Below are positions 1-29,683 of a DNA stretch of 64,000 nt, one piece after another; within the stretch, counting starts at the first letter, position 1; every line of letters begins with the position of its first letter. This stretch comes from Salpingoeca rosetta (taxonomy: Eukaryota > Protista > Choanoflagellata). The notes beneath the pieces are model-generated. The model had not been told where the DNA came from. It saw only the letters and a list, made by a program, of their open reading frames with translations, and did no database searches. The stretch lies in contig JAWQFM010000016.1 of the NCBI GenBank assembly GCA_033442325.1, forward strand, positions 548,089-612,088. Direction: 5' to 3'. Position numbers and translations under genes: made by a program.

Positions 1-258
1 TTAGGTGCGATGACCTGCGCATGCGATGCGGAGATGAAGACGGCAGAATGGTGTCGCTAGAACGTGGTCCACAAACACCCCCCCCCACACACACACACAC
101 ACTGTCACTCGACTCACGAGGCGTGTGTGTATGTGTGTGTGTGTGTATGTGTGTGCGTGTGCGTGTGTGTGTGTGTGTGTATGTGCGTGTGTGTGTGTGT
201 GTGTTTGTGTGAACATACTGCACATGTGTATGCATCTTGCACACATGTGTGTGACTAG

Positions 259-751
259 GGACCATTGCCGCACCAAGTATGGAATTGTGCCACGCGAGGA
301 CTGGATGGCGGTCAAATACGGTGGCCTGGTGCGTCCCAGCACGCGGCGGGCGAAGATGGCGTGTTTGTGGGTGCCTCGCTCGTTGATTTTGAAATTTCCA
401 ACCCCCTTCTAAACACACACACTCTCTCAATCACTCACTCACTCACACACTCACTCGCTCACTCACTCACTCGCTCCCCCCAACACACCAACACACCAAC
501 CCTCACGCTCGCGCGCCACATTTCAGAATGCGCTGCCTGCTGCGTCCAACATTGTGTTCTCCAACGGACTGCTGGACCCTTGGTCCTCCGGCGGCGTCAA
601 ACACAACATCAGCGACAGCATCACCGCCATCATCCTGCCCCACGGCGCACACCACATCGACCTCTTCTTCACAAACCCGCAGGACACGTGGGACATCACG
701 TGGGCACGCAACTACCACCGCGCCCAGATTGCAAAGTGGCTTGATGGCTGA
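259..751 (+). CDS. PRCP: Serine carboxypeptidase S28 family (lysosomal Pro-X carboxypeptidase/DPP2-like), 3' end; gene begins upstream of the window
   Basis: Exons 259-328 (DHCRTKYGIVPREDWMAVKYGGL) and 527-751 join via a GT-AG intron. The last exon reads ASNIVFSNGLLDPWSSGGV...GAHHIDL, the S28 catalytic Asp and His motifs. Stop TGA at 749-751. Confidence 0.88.
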
Positions 752-1006
752 CCGCACGCACACACACACACACACACACACAATCTCTCCCTCTCTGCAT
801 GCGTATCTGAGTCTGGCTCCCTTCAACTCCATGTGTGCTCTCTCTCCCTTTGAAGTACACCCATGCTTTGACGTGTCACACACACACACAAACTGCACAC
901 ATGCACACTGTTTCTGGTGGTGGCATGATGATAACGTGTCTAATGGGTGTGAAGAATCAATGAGGATCAACAACATGGTCGCGCACGCATGAAAAGGGGC
1001 AACAGC

Positions 1007-1041
<35 letters not shown>

Positions 1042-1298
1042 AACAGAAAGGGCGGGCGATTGGGGGAATCCGTGTGCAACAGGGATGGTTTGAAACCACA
1101 CACGGCGAGTCTGACTGACCGCGGGCGGGTCTTGTCTCGCTCACAAAAACGCGCGAGAATGAAAGTGGGAGGTTTAGCATACTGCTACCACACTCGCTCA
1201 CTCATCATGGCTCATCCCACCCCCCCCCCCCACACACACACACACACACCCATCGTGCAAGACCCTTCCCCCGTCCCGTCACCTTCTTCTCTGCATCT

Positions 1299-1916
1299 TC
1301 ACATCTTCCCAGGTGGAGGGGCGGAGCTGCTGTACGCTGGAGGCGCCTGTCCCTGCTGCTGCGGGTACCCCTGTCCGGGCGCTTGTGGTGGTGGTGGTGC
1401 ACCATATGGCGCTTGCTGTTGCTGTGGATACGCAGGTGGCGGTCCCTGCGGCGGGTAGCCTTGCGGGTAGCCCTGTGGCGGATAGCTCTGTGGGTAGCCA
1501 CCCTGTTGCTGTGGCGGCTGCTGGTGCTGCGGTGGTGGTGGAGGATAGTACGCGCCTCCCTGCGGCGGCTGTTGCTGCGGATGTTGTGGATAGCCCTGGG
1601 GCGGGTAGGCGTGCGGTGGTGGCGGTCCTGCTGGCTGTTGTGGGTAGCTGTACGATGCCGGCGGTGGCGGCGGCGGCGCCATGGAGGTGGGCGGTGGCCC
1701 CATTGGCGTGAGCTGCCACGGGTATGCGTGGCGCAGCTTGCCTGTCCCCTGATCTTGGTGGAAGCCATACACCTCGATGCCGCGGCCATCCACGCCTTTG
1801 CTCACAATGTGGCCCTGCAAGTTGAACCCGTGCTCGCTCTTGTACTGGACGCGCTGGCCCACCTCGAACCGCTGCATGACGTAGCCCGGCGGCGGCCTGC
1901 TCTCCACGGCTCCCAT
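1299..1916 (-). CDS. Single-exon 205-aa protein: MGxxxS N-terminus, ~60-aa beta-rich (SH3/Tudor-like?) domain, long Pro/Gln/Tyr/Gly (YPPQG) tail
   Basis: Clean ORF MGAVESRPPPGYVMQRFEVGQRVQYK...HAYPWQL followed by repeated YPPQG/YPQQ units. No microsatellite inside. Confidence 0.75.
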   Translation of the reverse strand: MGAVESRPPPGYVMQRFEVGQRVQYKSEHGFNLQGHIVSKGVDGRGIEVYGFHQDQGTGKLRHAYPWQLTPMGPPPTSMAPPPPPPASYSYPQQPAGPPPPHAYPPQGYPQHPQQQPPQGGAYYPPPPPQHQQPPQQQGGYPQSYPPQGYPQGYPPQGPPPAYPQQQQAPYGAPPPPQAPGQGYPQQQGQAPPAYSSSAPPPGKM

Positions 1917-2391
1917 GGCGACGGGGTTCCCAAACAGAAAGTCCGGTATGAACGACGTGGTCGGCTGTTGCTCTTGTTGTTGTTGTTTTCTTCTTCTTCT
2001 ATGTGTGTGTCTATCGACGCTCTCAAGTCGGCGCTTGGCTGCTTTGCCTTTGCCTCGTCTTCTTGTCGTGCGACTTGCGTACGTGTGGACGTGTGTGCGA
2101 CTTTGACTTAGTGCTGTGCTTGTCGTGTGTGAGATATGGTTGGTTCGTTGAGTTGGTTGTGTGTTTGTGTTGGTTGCGTGGAAAAGCGCAACTCAGAAGC
2201 AATCGTGATGACTCATCCCAACTGACTTCAGTCGATACATGTTTTCCGCCTTGAAGGTCTTCATTCACTCCTTCCACACGCACACGCACACGCACGCATT
2301 CACACACGCACGCATTCACACACGCACGCATTCACACACGCACACACACGTACACGCATTCACACACACGCACATTCACACACAACAGAAG

Positions 2392-21487
<19,096 letters not shown>

Positions 21488-21754
21488 CGTATCTTCTCTC
21501 TGTCTTCGCTTGGTAGATAATTTTTAATGATACACGTCATATTTCCACAACGCTGCCTCGCGAACTTGCCGAGCTTGCACGCACTCAAGCGCTCTGCTTC
21601 TTGTCTTTCTTCAAGGACCCCAACAGCCCAGAGCCCAACACAGACACTTCTAACACTTCTCTGCCCTGCCTGATCTGATCCTCCGGATCCTTCGTCTCCC
21701 CAGCACAACGCCTTCTCTTCTTCCTTCCTTCCTGCTTAACGAACACCAAGCAAC
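21488..21754. promoter_or_regulatory. Putative bidirectional promoter between SMG1 and the beta-propeller gene
   Basis: 267 bp between divergent ATGs, free of microsatellite. Positional inference only. Confidence 0.5.
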
Positions 21755-23252
21755 ATGGCGCAACGGCCCGCGGCCTCAGCGTTGCTGGTGGTGGTGGTGA
21801 TGGTGATCGCACTTGGTGGCGGCTGTGTCAGCGGCAAGCACATGGGCGTGATCTCGGCAGATGACCTGGGCAACATGCACATCAATGCCAGCGTTGATGG
21901 CGCACGCGTGCTTGTCTCTGGCATGGACGTGGTGGAGCAAGTGGCTTCCCTGCAAGCTTCCAACACGGCCCTGGAGCAAGACAACCAGCGACTGCAAGCC
22001 ACCTTGGACAGCGTCGCCGCCAGCTATGCAGAGCTCGCCCGCCAGCACACGCAGCTCGCCAGGGCATTCTGGACCACGCAAAACTTCGGCCGTGGCTCTG
22101 CCTTCTCCACTTCCATGACACTCAGATTCATCAAGCAGTTCGCATCCACAGCATCAACCAGGGTACTGTCCGGCATCGTCACTGAGAGCGGTGCCGTTTA
22201 CTTGGGAGGCTATGTCCGATTTCCTGCGAACGTGAGTGGTACCGGCGACCCCGTCACCTATGGCTTTCTGTCCCGCTTCAGCAGCGTTGATGGCTCCAGA
22301 CTCTGGATGCAGACGTTTTCGCCGAACGGCGGCCTTGCTTTTATCACTAGTATCGCCGCTGATGACAGTGGTCGCGTCTACGCTGTAGGTGGCCGTGTCG
22401 CCTCCATCTCTACACACAGTGCATGGGACGGCCGTGAGCTGTGGCGCTACAACGTGACGTCGTCTCCGGTACTTCCGCTTTCATCTGCCCGGCTCGCCGT
22501 TAGCCGCGATGGGCGCACGGTGTACTCGGCTGTTTCGACGTTTGACAACGTCGTCATACTCGCTTTGGAAGGCGCAACAGGCACGCTAAAGTGGCAAAAG
22601 ACATTGAACATTCCGAATGGGCGCGGCAGTTGTCTTGCAGAGGAGCGGCGATCTGCTTTTGCTGCTGTACCCTGGCAGCCAAGGAGGCAGTCTCTTTCGC
22701 CTGAGGCAAAGCGACGGCTCCGCAGTCTGGGTGCAATCTGTCAATGCTACCAGCGGACAGCTGTGGCGAGGACAGCCGCTCACGCTCGCGGCCGCTGACA
22801 CCCCGTGCATGGGCCTCACCCTTCCTCTGCCCCCAGGCGACAACAACACCCCACCAACCTACATCCAATGCTTTGCTGCTGACACCGGTGCCATTGTTGG
22901 TGCCCAAATCCCGCTCCCAGCCAACTTTACCCTCTTTTCAGTGCTCTCCACGTGGGGCAACGACATCTTCGCCGTCGGCACTGCAACGGATGAGAGGCGT
23001 GTGCTTGACCACGACAGCATCGGTGGCGCGGACGTCGTGGCGATGCGTGTGCACATGCCCTCGGGATATGTCTATTGGAGCGAACAGCTTGGCAGCGCAG
23101 AGGACGAGCAACCGCCCTTCGCAGGCGTCGACGGCTCAGGCAGCCTGTACATCATGGGCAGCACAGGTGGCACCCTGCCGTCCACGGGCCTCCCACCACC
23201 AGATTCTTCTGATGCCTACCTCGTCAAGTACACGCCAGCCCATCTCCTTTGA
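21755..23252 (+). CDS. Secreted protein: signal peptide, coiled coil, PQQ/SBBP-like beta-propeller repeats; frame break near 22615
   Basis: Hydrophobic N-terminus (ALLVVVVMVIALGGG) and heptad region VASLQASNTALEQDNQRLQATL. Blade repeats DGSRLW, DGRELW, TGTLKW, DGSAVW, SGYVYW and an SBBP-like end GVDGSGSLYIMGSTGG...DAYLVKY. The propeller pattern switches from ORF 21755..22798 to ORF 22617..23252. Confidence 0.75.
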
Positions 23253-23933
23253 TTTGAGATGCAATGTGACGAGAACTGTTTGCGTGTGAAAGCCTTTCGA
23301 GGGCTAGAAGTCGTGTGCAGTTAGTTACATTACTCAAGCGTTTGCGCATGTGTGTGTTGTGTTGTGTGTGTGTTGTGTTGTGTTGTGTGTGTGTGTGTGT
23401 GTGTGTCCGACTGTAGCGGCTCAGGCTCAACTGTGTTAGATAGTAAGTGGTTGATGGTAGGAGTGACCGTGCTTGCATACACATCTTTGTGTCTGATGTT
23501 GCTGTTGATAGATTGTAGTTGGTTTTTTTTTTTGTTTTGTTTTTTCATTTCCTATGATAACATTCCAAGATTCCACCAGATCATGTCCAATTCCCTCCAC
23601 TTCTCCTCACTGAAATCGTTGCTGTAATTGCCAATAGCGTTGTGCGACACTGCTGTCACGCTGCGCCTGACTGCGGGCCGGACTGCCAGCAATCGGCTTT
23701 GCAGTTGCACAGCCGTGACGAAATGATTGATGCAACATGATGATGATGGGTCGATGAATTAGAAAAAGAACATGCAATCTGGATGATAGTGATAATGGAG
23801 AGAAGCTCGATAGACAAAAGCACACTCATCACAGCATCACAGGCGACTCCCGTGTGCCACATGCAGGAAACATCATCCACCACAAATCGGCACTTGTCTG
23901 CAGGCACCACAGTCCAGTTTTTGCTCTGCCTGT

Positions 23934-23968
<35 letters not shown>

Positions 23969-24029
23969 TGTGTCTGTGTGTGTGTGTCTGTGTGTCTGTG
24001 TGTCTGTGTGTCTGTGCGTGCGTGCGTGC

Positions 24030-24072
<43 letters not shown>

Positions 24073-24269
24073 GCATCTCATCGTGCAATTTCTTCCACCT
24101 CCTTCCACCTCTGTCCACCTCTTTCCACTGTTGAAGGCGTGCACTTTCACTTTATGCAAATCACACACGCTGCACACCACGCAAGCAAGCAATCAAGTCC
24201 ATCCATCCAATCCATCAATCAATCCCCTCTTCGCCCCACACTTGCTTGCACCACCCATCAAGAGTCCGC

Positions 24270-26110
<1,841 letters not shown>

Positions 26111-27589
26111 ATGGTGTGGAGTTGGTGGTTGGTGGCAGCGGTGGTTGCTGCTGGGGTGTGCTTGCGCGCCCTTGTGGGCTTGGGCGGCCACTCTGGGTTT
26201 GGCAACCCGCCCATGCACGGTGACTTTGAGGCACAGCGCCACTGGATGGAGGTACGCTGTGCTTGTGTGTGCGTGAATGTGTGTGCTTGTGTATGCGTGA
26301 ATGTGTGTGTGTGTGTGTGCTTGTGTGTGTGTGTGTGTGTGCTTGCGTGAGTGTACGATGCTTTGTGGGTGTGCACGATGCTTTGTGGGTGTGCGCGATT
26401 TATTGTGTGTATGCAGATGAGAGTACGGCCAACCACACGCACACACACACACACACACGCACGCACGCACGCACACACACACACACACACACACTCACAC
26501 GCACACACACACACGCACACACACGCACACTTGTGTGCAGATTACATACCACACGCCAGTAAAGGAGTGGTACTTCAACACGACAAACAACGACCTGCAG
26601 TATTGGGGGTTGGATTACCCACCACTGACTGCGTACCACAGCTGGGTCTGCGGATGGCTCGCGCACAATGTCCTCAACCCGACGTGGGTGGCATTGCACG
26701 CCTCACGTGGCGCGGAATCTGGGGAGGTCCGCCTCTTCATGCGCAGCATGGCCTTGCTGGCGGATGTTCTCGTGTTCCTCCCCGCGGCTGTCGCGTACGC
26801 AAAGGTGGCTTTTGTTCAGCGCCAGTCAGAACAGAAGCGACGCAGCGCCGGCTTGGCAGTAGCAACAGCAACAGCAGCAGGGGATGCCATGGGCGTCCTG
26901 GCGGCCCTCGTCTTCAACCCATGCTTTGTCTTGATTGACCACGGCCACTTCCAGTTCAACGCCATCAGCCTTGGGCTGGCGCTGTGGGCGGTCGTCTGCG
27001 TGCGCACTGGGCGCCACCTTCTGGGCAGTGCCCTGTTTGTGCTGAGCATCTGCTACAAGCAGATGTCCCTGTATTACGCGCCAGTGTTCTTCTTCAACCT
27101 GCTTGGGTCGTCATTCCAAGCACAGGGCAGACAAGGATGGCTCACCTGGTTCTTCAGCAGCTGCTGCCGGGTTGCACTCATTGGTTTCGTTGTCGTTGCC
27201 TCCTTTGCCATCTGCTTCCTTCCTTTCATCTTCGACTGGACGCAGTTCTCTCAAGGTGTGTTCGGGGGGTTGGGAAAGGAGGGTGTGTGTGTGTGTGTTT
27301 GTGTGTTTGTGTATGTTTGTGTGTGTGTGTGTGTGTGTGTGTTGTTGTGTGTGTGTGTGTGTGTGTGTGCATTTTCGAACTGTGACACTTGCAATAGTCC
27401 ACATATAGTCATTTCTACCAATCCTCCCAGGAAGTAGTTCATATGCTGGAGTTAAGCCTCTGCTAAAGTTAAGATAGGGAGCTCCTTGATTACATCATAT
27501 GATAATAGCTTAAGCCGCTGAGGCGGGGCGCAGCATACCCAACAGGTGTGTGTGTGTGTGTTGTTGTGTTGTTGTTGTTTGTGTGTGTG

Positions 27590-27634
<45 letters not shown>

Positions 27635-29369
27635 TTGTGTATGTTTGTGTGTGTTTGTGTGTTTGTGTGTGTGTGGATAGATGTGTGCGTGTGTGCGTGT
27701 GTGCATTTGCACGTGTGCGTGTGTACATGAGTCCGGTGTGACTGCAACTCTATTGTCTCATGGCACCCTCCACATCTGCTTCCCCCCCCCCCGGCACTTC
27801 CCGGTGACAGTGCTGCATCGGATGTTCCCGCTTGCTCGCGGGCTGTTTGAGGACAAGGTTGCCAACGCGTGGTGCATTGCCGACGTTGTCCTGAAGTTCA
27901 GGAGAAACTTTGACAACACAACACTTGCCCGCTGCAGGTCATCCCTTATTTTGTGTTGTTTGTTTGTTTGTTTGTTTGTTTGTTTGTTTGTTTGTTTGTT
28001 TGTTTGTTTGTTTGTTTGTTTGTTTGTTTGTTTGTTTGTTTGTTTGTTTGTGCCTGTATGTGTGCCATAGAGAGCGGGCACTCATTGATCGTACTTGAAG
28101 GTAGGTGTTTGAAGACGTGAAAAGCCACCAACCCTTACCCTAAAACACGATTACCCACATGCTTATTGGTTCCCCACTACAGCCTCGTTGCGACCGTCAC
28201 TGCGTTTCTGCCTTCATGTGTGCACACGTGCTTTCGCCCAACGCAACGAAACTTCTCGCTCGCACTCGTCAACTGCTCCCTATCCTTCTTCCTCTTCTCG
28301 TTCCAGGGTGAGCAGTGATTGTGTGAACCTCGCATCCTGCTGAATTCCTCCCTGCTTGCCAACCAGAAACACACACACACACACACAACACTCACTCACT
28401 CACACACACACAAACACTCACTCACTCACACACACACACACAACACTCACTCACTCACACACACACACACAACACTCACTCACTCACTCACTCACTCACT
28501 CACACACACACACAACACTCACTCACTCACTCACTCACTCACTCACACACGCACACATTTCTGCCTTGTCCTTGCTCCACGCCAATCAACAGTGCACGAG
28601 AAGAGCATACTGCTCGCTGCGCTGCCAATCGCACTCGTTGCCCACCGCTTTCCCGCCGTCGCCACCGCGTTCATGGCCACCGCCACAATCACGCTCTTCC
28701 CGCTCCTGCACAAGGTTAGCGCTGCCGAGGAAGCTGACGTGGGGGGGGGGGTACATGTGTTGCGTTGGGAGTCGCGCTTGCGTGTGTTTACATTTACATC
28801 GCTCGCATACACACACACACACACACACACCGTGCGCAACATGGCACAGGACGGGCAATCGCTGCAGTTTGTGAGCTGCCTTGGTGTCGCTCTGTCGATC
28901 CACGCGCTGGCATTCTTCCATCGCCTCTCTGCCATCAAGATCGCAGCGGTATATGTTGAGCGCAGCTGTCACACTCACTCACTCACTCCCTCACTCCCTC
29001 ACTCACTCACTCCCTCACTAACTCACACACACACACACACACACACACAAACTCACTCACGTACACTCACGCCCTCACTCACACTCTTAAACGCAGGTCC
29101 TCGTGAGCGTGGTTGTCGGTGCAGGGCTGTGTGTTGTATATGTGGTTGTGCCGCCGCCAGCACGCCTGCCAGACCTGTGGTCGCTCGCCATTGCGGCATA
29201 TGGCTTTGTGCACTTTGCACTTGCTCTCCTCTACTTCACCGCCGCGCAGCTCTTTGGCCACGAGGATGGTGGTGGTGGTGGTGGTGGTGATGACGGGAGT
29301 GTTGGGGCTCAGGTGACGAAGAAGCAGAAGAAAAAGGGAGGGAAGCACGCGAAGATTAAGGCACAGTAA
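26111..29369 (+). CDS. ALG6: Dolichyl-PP-Man9GlcNAc2 alpha-1,3-glucosyltransferase, multi-exon
   Basis: [15 protein letters not shown]|[61 protein letters not shown]|VHEKSILL. C-terminal KIKAQ matches the KxKxx ER-retrieval signal. Confidence 0.96.
27958..28050 (+). repeat. (GTTT)n tetranucleotide repeat just downstream of a 5' splice site
   Basis: Direct observation. Similar sense-strand (GTTT)n tracts follow donors in SMG1 (8670-8750, 15410-15510). Confidence 0.92.
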
Positions 29370-29445
29370 ACATCAACGAGAACCAGCCACAGTAAACCAC
29401 AGTCAAGGCATGCATATTGCTTCGATCCTTTAATCATAAACACGT

Positions 29446-29495
<50 letters not shown>

Positions 29496-29683
29496 GCGTG
29501 TTTGTGTGCAAGGGACAAACCACGGGCATCGATAACGTGCGGGGTGCGCCGGTAACAAAGCACCATTCTTCTCATTTGTGGAGACGAAGGGGGCAGATGG
29601 AGGCTTACAGGAGGATGCATGAACAGGCGAGAGAACAAACAAACAAGCACACACCACCACCACCATCATCACCATCATCATCA

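Noticed and set aside
28128-28144. Telomere-like AACCCTTACCCTAA
   Set aside because: Only about two imperfect units; expected by chance.
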